From Tubulanus polymorphus (taxonomy: Eukaryota > Animalia > Nemertea): 64,000 nt of DNA. Positions 1 to 9,423 of the stretch are shown here, piece after piece (the stretch's first letter is position 1; every line of letters begins with the position of its first letter). The stretch spans positions 12,237,950 through 12,301,949 of the forward strand of contig NC_134026.1 in the NCBI RefSeq assembly GCF_964204645.1, read 5' to 3'. The notes under the pieces are model-generated. The model was not told the DNA's origin. It saw only the letters and a program-made list of their open reading frames with translations, and did no database searches. The translations under genes and the position numbers were made by a program.

Positions 1-750
1 TTTACATCTTATAACTAATTCATAAATTACAGGAAAGTTATTCAAATCAATTAAGTATCCATTATGATTTCTTATTTCTAATTTAAAATTATTAAATTTA
101 GGAATGCAAGGTTTAAAATCACATTCTGTTAAATTATAATTTATTTGAGTTCCAAATTGTTTAACATTTTTTAGTGGTAAAATATTTAGTATACTAGAAC
201 TACAAATTGTTTCTTTAGTTGCTTCGAAAGTTTTTGTAGGCTCGATTAAATTGCAATAAATATAAAAGTGTGTAAAAGGTATTATATTTGAGCTGCCTTC
301 TGCGTTTCCAGTAACTGTAAGCGGTTTAATTCCTAACATTTTAGCCAGTGATTTGTTTACCATAAATTTATGTTGTTCATTAGATATCTTTATTCTTATT
401 TTATTAGTACTATCAATTTTATTAAATTTAATTTCAAATACAGAAGTGCCCCCGATTTTCAACCGAGCTCTTCTATTAATTTCCTGCGCTAATGATTCTA
501 AATTATATAATCCTGGTTTTAAAAATATATGAAACCATTTATCTTTATTTCTCATATAAATCATAAACCCTCTATGTTCAAAAGTTTTATCTGATATATT
601 ATAAAAAGAATTACATAAACTTATATTTACTAATTTTAAATCTACACAATTCTTAAATTCTCTATCTAATTGAACTAGTAAATTATGAGATTTATAATTT
701 GTAAGCCTTCTAGAATCTACAAATATTCTGTATTCTTTTAATTCTACCAT
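1..750 (-). CDS. Minor capsid protein (penton / Polinton PX-like, single jelly-roll); open at the window edge, not in the ORF track
   Basis: Manual translation from ATG at 750 gives 250 codons with no stop: MVELKEYRIFVDSRR...ISLCNSFYNI...KPGLYNLESL...LAKMLG...FYIYCNLIE...SSILNILP...FNNFKLEIRNHNGYLIDLNNFPVIYELVIR. This motif order is typical of Polinton pentons. Confidence 0.8.
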   Translation of the reverse strand, partial: MVELKEYRIFVDSRRLTNYKSHNLLVQLDREFKNCVDLKLVNISLCNSFYNISDKTFEHRGFMIYMRNKDKWFHIFLKPGLYNLESLAQEINRRARLKIGGTSVFEIKFNKIDSTNKIRIKISNEQHKFMVNKSLAKMLGIKPLTVTGNAEGSSNIIPFTHFYIYCNLIEPTKTFEATKETICSSSILNILPLKNVKQFGTQINYNLTECDFKPCIPKFNNFKLEIRNHNGYLIDLNNFPVIYELVIRCK

Positions 751-767
751 TTATTTTACATATTTTC

Positions 768-1109
768 TTATTCGAAATCTATTTCATGGTGCCCTTTTTC
801 ATTCTTACTTTTGTATACGAAATAGAAATCACCAGAACATAATTCTTCTAGATCTTCACTTGATAATCTATGAAATCTATCTGGTAAATATGTTCTGAAT
901 TTATATGTATTTCCTTTTAATCCTTCATATTCTAAATGAATTACTAATTTATCTCCATATTTATTAGTAATTGTTTCAATGTTAGTAATTAAATATTTCT
1001 TGTGAATTGTTAACTCAGTTAGTTTTTTAAATTTATAATCTACAGATTTTACATTTGTGGTATCTTTAATTCTATCTAAGAATTCGCTGTGTACTTGTTT
1101 ACTCTCCAT
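768..1109 (-). CDS. Polinton small protein (113 aa), possibly a beta-rich ssDNA-binding-like protein
   Basis: Intact ORF between PolB and penton, with the same upstream motif as its neighbours. Pattern KKLTEL..KKYLI..I..ITNKYG.KLVIHL...FRTYLPDRF and an acidic C-terminus. The function is inference. Confidence 0.65.
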   Translation of the reverse strand: MESKQVHSEFLDRIKDTTNVKSVDYKFKKLTELTIHKKYLITNIETITNKYGDKLVIHLEYEGLKGNTYKFRTYLPDRFHRLSSEDLEELCSGDFYFVYKSKNEKGHHEIDFE

Positions 1110-1137
1110 TTATTATACAAATTTTTATTGAAATTTA

Positions 1138-4100
1138 TTAACACGCTAGAATCCTTTTCATAATCTCATTTTCTTTTGTTTCTTCTCTTTTGAATTTTAT
1201 ATATTCATCTAAATTGCAACCATAGGCGACTGTGTGGATTCCATCATCTAAAATATATCTTTTATCATCAAATGGGTTTAGACTTATCTTCTCTATCTCT
1301 TCAATATACATTTCATGATCTTCAGATCTTAAACATTTCATCTTATGTTTTCTAACTTCTTCATTAAATATACAATTGATGTAATCTTTAAAATGAATAT
1401 TCTTTTCAACAACGCTTTTGGTTATTCCTTTTAACTTTTTAGCTTCATGTTCTTTAGTTTTATATGAATACATTTTAGATCTAATACCAATGAACTCTAT
1501 CATTTCTTCACCGCCTAATTCATCCTTAAACTTCCCTGGAACTTTTTTATTATCATTGCTAAACAATTCATGATCTTTAGGATAGTTACTAAAATCAAAA
1601 TGATGTTTTAATGTTTTTAAATCATCTGTTATGTTATCAGTTTTTATCTTTAATATGAAACTGTCGGTATCAAAGTATAGAATTTCTATGTGTTTTTCTC
1701 CAAAATGAGGTTGTAGTATATTATAATAAAATTTATACATTAGGAATTTTGAAATTTCTAGAACTGCAGCACCAACATAAATAGGTTTATTGAACTTCAT
1801 TGAAGTTCTTTTCATTTTAACTGCTGCTAAATTTTCATCAAATATTCTGTTACCTATAAACTTAGGATATGATTGTAAATGCCTAATTCTTTTACCATTA
1901 CTGACTAACTCGATATCATTTCTATTTCTAATATTTTCACAAGTCTTACCATAGAATGCATTATTCATTAACTTAAAAAAATCTTTATCAAAATCAGTTT
2001 TAGATTTAGTTCTCTGTGTAGTATTAAAATCTATATATTTTTCTAACCATTTAGATTGACTGAATGAAATATATCTATGTACTTTTTTTAATATCATTCC
2101 TTGATTCAAATAAAACTTCAACATTCTATAATGCACAACGTAATTATATTTATCTTCTTGAGTTACCATTAACTTTTCAGTATGAATATGATTATCGGGT
2201 TTAATTCTTTTTTGATAATTTGATAATTCTTCATGTTTAACAGTTTTATGTTCGGGACAATATGCTAGATTTCTAGATTTGAATTTAATATTTTCAGGGT
2301 ATTCTAAATCTACAACAAAGAAGTAACCAGTATCTGAATCATCTGCAATATCTAGAATTCTTTTCTTCCAATCAAATTTATCAATTTGTAAAACTTCAGT
2401 TATTTCAAACATCCCATAAGGTTGTGGTTCCATCATTGCCCAACCATAAAGATTATTTGCATCTATGTATAATAATTTATATCCAGGATTATCATTTACA
2501 TTGAAATATCTATCACCCAATACACCTGAAACTCCTCCTCTTATAGATTTTTCAAATAATAGTAATTGATCTATATTTGTTAACAAATCCATTTTTATAT
2601 CTGTAAATTTTAATCCACAATCCCATGTTAATCCTGGGCTAGAATAACAATGACAAGGATCAATGTTAAAATATTTTAGGTTTACATCTCTAAACCTTTC
2701 GAATATATCGGTTAATAATAATACATCTGATTTTAAATATAAATCTACTAATTGCCCATGATTTTCTATTTTGAAATGATTCCAAATATTCAATGTTCTA
2801 TTATATACTTCATCTTTAACATATTCATTTTTTAATTCATCATAAAATTGTTCTTTTAATAATTCAGTTATTTTAAAATCATTATGTGATTTATAAAATG
2901 AATATGGAATTGCTCCTTTATATCTCATTAATTGAAAATCATCATTATTTGGGTAATATTCTTTTAATATCTTTAATTCATCATCAACTAATGATTTTGA
3001 TAAGTTATCTAATGAACTACTTAAAAATCTATATGAATCTATAAATCTTAAGCATCCAAATTGGAAAGATATATAATTCTCAGATGTTTTAGCTAACATT
3101 CTATATTTATAAGTTGGTATTTTATCTTTTGATCTATTTGAATTTAATATTTCTATTTCATTATTGATTTCTTCTATTTTATGACATAACTGTTTGATGA
3201 ATAAATGTGCATCATATCCTGATAGGTTATGAAATATAACTGGTACAAAGTTAATTTTCTTAGCTTGTAAGTTACAATTCTCATGTGCAGCGCCTCTAAA
3301 CTTTCCATTCAAATGATCATGGTCTCTTACTTTTTTATCTTTATAATTAAATATCTTTTCACAATAATAACATTTATCTGCAAACTCAAATTCTTCTTTA
3401 TCTTCTTCTGTCATAATTATTTCTTTATTTGTATTCAATAATTTACTAAATCTTATTTCATATTCAATTAATAAGTCACAAAAATGATTGATAACATTTT
3501 CATTTCTATAATTATAATATTCACTTTCGATTAGTTCTGGATAATTAGATTTAATATATAACCCGAAAGCTGCAGCTGATTGATGAATCTTTTTAATAGT
3601 ATTTGTTATTGGTGGTTCATCTGAATTTAATTTCTTTCTTTTATAATATATATCTTTTCTATCTTTATCTGTTAATTCTTTATTTAATGATTCAAAATCT
3701 CCATATATTACAAATGGTACTTTATTTTTGTAATCATATTTTTTGAATTCTAATATTTTATCCTTTTCATTTGGTAAAACTAATTTACAATAATCATGAT
3801 TATCACATAGTTGTTTATGATTTAATAATGTACTTTCATTACTGAATCTATGTAAACATTTTCTACATAGATATATTTTATGGTGATCATTTTCTGATTT
3901 GAAAAATAAATCTATTTGTTTAATCCACATATAATGATTCTCATAATATAGTATATCTATAACATCATTTGAATCATAATCTTTTGATAGGTATAAAGGT
4001 TCTAATGTATAATGTTTAATATTATTTCCTTTTGTATTTGGTAATTTGATTAAATCAAATACATTTATCTTTATATTATTATCTCTTTCTATTTTTTGGA

Positions 4101-5151
4101 TGTTTTTAATTCTAACAGGATACTTATCTATCTTATAATTATTTTCAAATGGTTTATAATGAGTTAATCTATAAGTATGTTTATTATAATCTTCAACTGG
4201 ATGTAAACAACTTATTATAGCCCATAGAAAACATTTATCATCTTCATTTTGTACATTTATTACAGCATTAGTTTTAAATGGTAGTTTAATATAACTTGAT
4301 GCTTCAATATCTGGTTCTTTATAATATGATAAATTATTTTCATCAATTGGTTTTGATTTAGTTAACTTATTATATTTTGTGTTATAAACATGTAAAGTTA
4401 TAAATATTATCTCATCAAATATTAAACCAGATCCTTCAAAATATTTCTCTTCTATTTTAGTTTTTACTTCATTATAACATTTATCTAATTTATCATCTAT
4501 ATGTTGTTTAGAAATAATATGTTGTGAATGAGAATTTATATTATATATTGGTTTATCTTCAGATTTTATAAACTTTACTTTAGAAGATATACTTATTTTA
4601 GGATATTCAACATCTGTAATTATTTTTATTATTTCTTTCATATTTTCTAAATGTTTTTTATTTTCTTCTAATGTTTTACCTTTATGAAATTTAAACTCGA
4701 TAGCTGCTGGACCAATATCACTTTTAAATGCTTCGGTTATCTCTATATCTTTTTTATTATCTAATGAATTAATATAATTTCTTACATCTTCCATATATGG
4801 TCTTTTATTGTTTAATTTATTTTTTATGCTTTTAATTGTCTTCTGTTTCTTATCGTTATCATTATCAAAATAATCTTCACCTAAAATATCATTATTCTTA
4901 TTTCTAATATGACTTATAGATTTTAAATGTTCTTTATAATATCTTTTATCACTGAATGATTGATTACATGTATCACATTTGTATGTTTCTTTTTCATCCT
5001 TTAATTCTTCTAATTTATTTTCTAATATATCATCTTTATACTCTAGTTTCAATTTATTCTCTAAATGTGTTCTAGTTTTATTGTGTCTTGCTTTTTGGGA
5101 TTTATCTATATCGATATTACATGTTGGGCAGTAGTACTTATTTGCTTCCAT
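1138..5151 (-). CDS. polB: Protein-primed family B DNA polymerase (group-2/beta-adintovirus-type pPolB) with N-terminal C2H2 Zn fingers and an endonuclease VII insertion
   Basis: ExoI VIYGDFES, ExoII HNLSGYDAHLF, ExoIII YLKSDVLLL; Pol motifs YIDANNLYGWAM, KLMNNAFYGKT, YFDTDS; KLKGI. EndoVII-like CYYC...VRDHDHLNGKFRGAAHENCN. Uninterrupted 1337 aa. Confidence 0.95.
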   Translation of the reverse strand: MEANKYYCPTCNIDIDKSQKARHNKTRTHLENKLKLEYKDDILENKLEELKDEKETYKCDTCNQSFSDKRYYKEHLKSISHIRNKNNDILGEDYFDNDNDKKQKTIKSIKNKLNNKRPYMEDVRNYINSLDNKKDIEITEAFKSDIGPAAIEFKFHKGKTLEENKKHLENMKEIIKIITDVEYPKISISSKVKFIKSEDKPIYNINSHSQHIISKQHIDDKLDKCYNEVKTKIEEKYFEGSGLIFDEIIFITLHVYNTKYNKLTKSKPIDENNLSYYKEPDIEASSYIKLPFKTNAVINVQNEDDKCFLWAIISCLHPVEDYNKHTYRLTHYKPFENNYKIDKYPVRIKNIQKIERDNNIKINVFDLIKLPNTKGNNIKHYTLEPLYLSKDYDSNDVIDILYYENHYMWIKQIDLFFKSENDHHKIYLCRKCLHRFSNESTLLNHKQLCDNHDYCKLVLPNEKDKILEFKKYDYKNKVPFVIYGDFESLNKELTDKDRKDIYYKRKKLNSDEPPITNTIKKIHQSAAAFGLYIKSNYPELIESEYYNYRNENVINHFCDLLIEYEIRFSKLLNTNKEIIMTEEDKEEFEFADKCYYCEKIFNYKDKKVRDHDHLNGKFRGAAHENCNLQAKKINFVPVIFHNLSGYDAHLFIKQLCHKIEEINNEIEILNSNRSKDKIPTYKYRMLAKTSENYISFQFGCLRFIDSYRFLSSSLDNLSKSLVDDELKILKEYYPNNDDFQLMRYKGAIPYSFYKSHNDFKITELLKEQFYDELKNEYVKDEVYNRTLNIWNHFKIENHGQLVDLYLKSDVLLLTDIFERFRDVNLKYFNIDPCHCYSSPGLTWDCGLKFTDIKMDLLTNIDQLLLFEKSIRGGVSGVLGDRYFNVNDNPGYKLLYIDANNLYGWAMMEPQPYGMFEITEVLQIDKFDWKKRILDIADDSDTGYFFVVDLEYPENIKFKSRNLAYCPEHKTVKHEELSNYQKRIKPDNHIHTEKLMVTQEDKYNYVVHYRMLKFYLNQGMILKKVHRYISFSQSKWLEKYIDFNTTQRTKSKTDFDKDFFKLMNNAFYGKTCENIRNRNDIELVSNGKRIRHLQSYPKFIGNRIFDENLAAVKMKRTSMKFNKPIYVGAAVLEISKFLMYKFYYNILQPHFGEKHIEILYFDTDSFILKIKTDNITDDLKTLKHHFDFSNYPKDHELFSNDNKKVPGKFKDELGGEEMIEFIGIRSKMYSYKTKEHEAKKLKGITKSVVEKNIHFKDYINCIFNEEVRKHKMKCLRSEDHEMYIEEIEKISLNPFDDKRYILDDGIHTVAYGCNLDEYIKFKREETKENEIMKRILAC

Positions 5152-5232
5152 TTTAATACTATATTTTTTATTAAAATTGATTTTAGAAGTTCAATAATTT
5201 AAATGTTATTCATATATATATGAATATTTTAA

Positions 5233-5640
5233 GAGTAATAGGGGTAATGGGCTTTCAGGCTAAAGGTTTAATGATCGAGTTCATTAATAACATATATTAA
5301 AAGTAATTAAAAAACTATAATATATTTTCATAACCGCGTGCATTTCAGTTGAATAATAGAATAATTATTATCATTTGAATATATTTGATTATTTGAATTT
5401 GTGTATTGTAATTAAATCAATTGGTCGCGGAGCGGAGCGGTAGCGAAGTGGAGCGACCAATTGATTTAATACAATATGCTTTTTATATTATTGATATCTT
5501 AGAATAAATATTTAGTTTTGATATAAAATGCACGCGGTTATGAAAATATATTATAGTTTTTTAATTACTTTTAATATTTTGTTTTTTAATGGGCTCGACC
5601 GTTCGACCTTTGGCCTGAAAGCCCATTACCCCTATTACTC
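5233..5640. repeat. Terminal imperfect palindrome (~408 bp) of the Polinton
   Basis: 5233-5260 is the exact reverse complement of 5613-5640. ~5295-5345 pairs perfectly with ~5526-5577. ~5404-5428 pairs with 5453-5476 around a 24-nt purine-rich loop. Confidence 0.95.
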
Positions 5641-5976
5641 ATCCTCACCAGCGATGGTCATTTGAAATTCACACGTATACGGCACCTAGTCCAATGAAAC
5701 GTTCCCCATTCTATGGCTTTCCCATAATTATTCTAGTAGCGCCGGAATTCCCTGTATATCCCAAAAACAGCCAATCCCGTTCGCTCGTAGAGACAACGCC
5801 CTCCAATCGAGGTCATTGCAATTTTATACGAAGAGCTAAGAATTTTCCCGCCAAAAACAGTTTTTTGTAGAATTTTAACAATGTTGACCATGTCATCGAC
5901 GGAGGTTCGCCATGTCTTCAATCGCATCAATTATACGTCGTTTAAGCCGAGAACCAATGAAACAAATGCTCACAAG

Positions 5977-6108
5977 TACCGCGATTTTACATGAATTGGC
6001 TCAATGCCAACTTCATATCGCTGACAAAGTTAAACCAAAAACTTACCGCGATTTTACATGAATTGGCTCAATGCCAACATCATATCGCTGACAAAGGTAA
6101 ACCAACAA
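5977..6108 (+). repeat. Two-copy ~67-bp tandem duplication
   Basis: TACCGCGATTTTACATGAATTGGCTCAATGCCAAC...CTGACAAAG.TAAACCAA occurs twice in tandem. Confidence 0.85.
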
Positions 6109-7200
6109 AATATGAAATAATTTGAATTTTAGGTGGAACAATTATTGTAATATTCATTGCTTATAAATTTACTTATTAGTAATTTTGTCATAATATAAAT
6201 GCAAGATAAAATTGATGGTGTTAATACTATTCCTCATGATATAAATAAATCTAAATCAAAATTGTATTAAGAAAAACAAATATCATGCGAAATATTCTCC
6301 TTACACATGAATTGATTATAGTATAGCAACAAGAACATGGAATGACGACGTAGAAAATAATGTCAATTCACTGGACTTAGTCATGATGTTTACAACTCAA
6401 CAGTACTTTTATAACATTCATACATTGTATTTGTAGATCGAAGTGATCTCAAAGATAATATAGCACGAAGCCATGAACCAAGAAAGGTTATGTCCCTTTA
6501 CCAAAAATAGTATGGAAAAGTAAAATTGCAACCTTTTGTGGAAAAGGGAAATAAATAATAATGATCACTAGAATACTAATAGGGTTTTCTGTGAAGTGAC
6601 AGAACTCCCTAATAAATTTGAAGTGAGAGTACATGAGTTCTTTCCGTGGGTAGGGCCTTTAGTCTGTATATCCAGTTGATATTCAACAGCAACACCGTCA
6701 CCTTTATATAATTAGGGTGAGTATTTCCATAATTCAACTTGTGGGTACCAATTCTCTGTTCATCAGCAGTAGACCCCAACCATTTTCTGTTAAAGCACAA
6801 ATGTTGCAGTCATTTGACACAATGTAGTATATCAGTTAGTCTCCAAACCAGTTTCAGTTGTCGGTTCAGTTTCAGTTCTAATGTCGTATTTATTTGATAC
6901 AATGTAATCCATCAAGAGTTTTCTAGTTTTGTAGTCATACAATGACCTACGTAATTTGTACATGTTACGACCACCAGAGGGTACTAAAACCGTGCCACTT
7001 CAGCATTAACAGAATGGCTGATTTCGATGAAACTTCATTAACAAAACTATAAAGGATACAAGAAAATGACCTGGCTCCAGTAAACCTGTTAACAATGTGT
7101 TGCAACCATTTTTATTTCATGCTATCAAACTTTAAACAGAAAATCTTTGGGGTTGCGATTGACACAACATATCAGTTATGATCTGTATCAGTGTTTGTAC

Positions 7201-7520
7201 TTATGGGGTATATGCTGGGGGTGGTGGGAGACATGATTGTTCAGGTATCTGAGTCGCTGGTGCACCTTGGCCATATAGATCCCAGATATCATGATCATAA
7301 TCATCAAGCAGATGGGGTTCAATGTCTCGTGGGTGACGCCGTAAACAATTACATGCTGTTGCTATCACAGACATTGCGCCTGCTGTAGCAATCAGATAAA
7401 AACTAACGTCAAATGTCACTTCAACTTTACTGCCTTTGTGCGGTTTCGTTTCGATTTGTAACTGCTCAAGCAAGTCGGTGACCCAGTACGTGAAGCCATT
7501 TATGACGACGCATATTATCA
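7201..7520 (-). CDS. TMEM127: TMEM127 orthologue, last coding exon
   Basis: VIICVVINGFTYW...KGSKVEVTFDVSFYLIATAGAMSVIATACNCLRRHP...PPPPAYTP* matches the TMEM127 C-terminus including the PPAY motif. Acceptor ttttcAG ends at 7521; phase 1. Confidence 0.93.
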
Positions 7521-7653
7521 CTGAAAATATAAAAATCAAAGCAAAATCTAATAATTGAACATAGAAAACCAATGACATTTAAACTCACCGAAATCCTAGA
7601 CCAGGCACTAGCTATAAGTTTGCACTTCAATATGATTACAGAATATTCACATA

Positions 7654-7818
7654 CAGTAAACCTCTCGATATTGATCGCCTGTGGGCCTAAACAAAAATGG
7701 TTCACTATAAAGAGGGACAGGTTACGATGTATCATTCTGATACTGTTGCCACCTATATTTTGGACTAGGTTTGAATTAAGCAATCTTGGGAAGTGAATCT
7801 CAGGTTATAGAGATACTG
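7654..7818. mobile_element. Tc1/mariner-type MITE (degenerate)
   Basis: TA-CAGTAAACCTCTCGATA ... TATAGAGATACTG-TA ends. Confidence 0.45.
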
Positions 7819-8642
7819 TAATCACGCAAATTGTTTCAACCATGTGACAATGGTTGCTGGGTGATTTTTTTTGCATTTTCTTTGTGAAAGCTCTGTAAAC
7901 TGGCTGAAACTTACCCCATAGGGCAGAGTTACCCCATACTTTTAAAGACTTGTAGCCTATGAGCCTGCCCACTTTCCAGGTGTAACCAAGGCTGTGGTCA
8001 GATCCTGTAAGGGAGTGACCACAGAAAGTTGGCCTAGGGCAGAGGGGTGAGGAGAAAATTTGGAAATTATAACGTCTGAGATGCTTATGAGAGCTCATAT
8101 TTGAGTACTTTTTTTCTGTAGATAATATAATGCCACTAAGGTTATCTTTGGTCTATGGACGGATCCAGATGTTACCCCACCCAAGGGTAGATAGATAGGT
8201 TTTCTGAGATGAATTTAAGCACATTTGATCTTTAACCACATTTGAGGCATAAAATCTATCCTCTATTTAGCCACAAACTAGGGAAGGAAATGTTTATTCA
8301 AACCAGAAAGATACTTTCCATGTTGGGTTTCGGTATTGACTTAGAACTTGAAAAGTGAATGGAAATAACTGTGTTGATGCGGTGCATGATTAATACATAC
8401 TATCAAGGTAAAACGTCAGTAAGTATACTTAAGATGGCCACTGGATACAGTCTGCTCTCGGCCCAATCGCCAAGAACCCATGGCATACGCCAATGACCAT
8501 GCAGACCATGGGGTACAAGCTTCATGTCCATGATTCAACACGAGCGTTTTGAAGCTTTCCACAGACTTAAGGCCAACTGCTAGCTGTACCCCGAGAGCCT
8601 ATAGCTAGTCTTATTGACCAAGTGAAACAGGAAAACAATATT

Positions 8643-9423
8643 CACAAGATGAGTTCTCAGCGTTGATCAAAACATGGATCTGGGGAGTGTTATCACTGCG
8701 GAAAATAGTGGATGCACGCTACCTGCCGTGGTGCACTAATATTATTTCGGTATTTAAATGATGTTTTTTTTTCAAACAAAATAAACTCTATTCATCAAAA
8801 TGCCTAGTTTGTTTTGTGGAATATGTAATTGAACTTCGACCGAGTCATCAATATTTCTTGTGACTGTAATTGGAGCTCGCGTCCTCTGTAAATTCGAGTG
8901 GTATAATCGGGACGGAAATCCCAGCTGGCCAATTAATTCATGCTGGTTTTTACCTAAAGAGTAGCAACCATCTGAAACTGCAAAGAATGATCCGGCTTCT
9001 CCGAATTCCAAAAGTTCTCACTGCGTAGTGTACAGAGCAGAGTCTCTCGGCATAAGCGCTGAATATCGCACACGAAGCGTTAGACTAGCTCTGCGTGGAC
9101 GCTGTACGAGCAATATCTCCATGTACAAAAGTGTTCAGTGTTACACGCACACAGCGAGTGTATTGAGCATCGTTCTAGTAATGCGCTACAGCACCTTGAA
9201 CTAACGAGTAGCGTTGGTTATCTTATAACCAAATTTGAGCACTTATAAACATCAGAATCAAATATAAACCAAGCTGCACCATCTACACCAAGTATAGAAT
9301 ATATGTGCCAATTTACAGAAAAATCGTTCCATACAAACACTTAAATCCTGCCATAAAGAAACATCCACAGACAGACAGACAGACATGACGATGAGTTCGT
9401 CTCACAACGAAACCCATCAAAAA
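8643..9423 (+). mobile_element. Helentron-associated (HINE-like) non-autonomous element
   Basis: 3' (GACA)n microsatellite, then a GATGAGTTCGT...ACGAAACCCATC hairpin and an A-run. GATGAGTTC recurs near the 5' end. Boundaries approximate. Confidence 0.45.

Larger units (their letters stand above)
1..5640 (-). mobile_element. Polinton/Maverick (adintovirus-like) endogenous virus, one end; continues beyond the window start
   Basis: Tightly packed, intronless, very AT-rich ORFs for pPolB and a penton-like protein. Composition shifts abruptly to host-like DNA at ~5640, where the end reads ...CCCCTATTACT, matching the AG...CT termini of Polintons. Confidence 0.9.

Noticed and set aside
5233-5640. 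Terminal palindrome as an independent MITE insertion
   Set aside because: No target-site duplication flanks it, its composition matches the virus, and its outer edge coincides with the virus/host boundary and an AGT...ACT Polinton-type end. Not fully excluded without the other terminus.
8418-8560. Alternative TMEM127 middle exon ending ...VAILSILT
   Set aside because: No GT donor follows and the upstream sequence does not resemble TMEM127; the true exon is 16457-16627.
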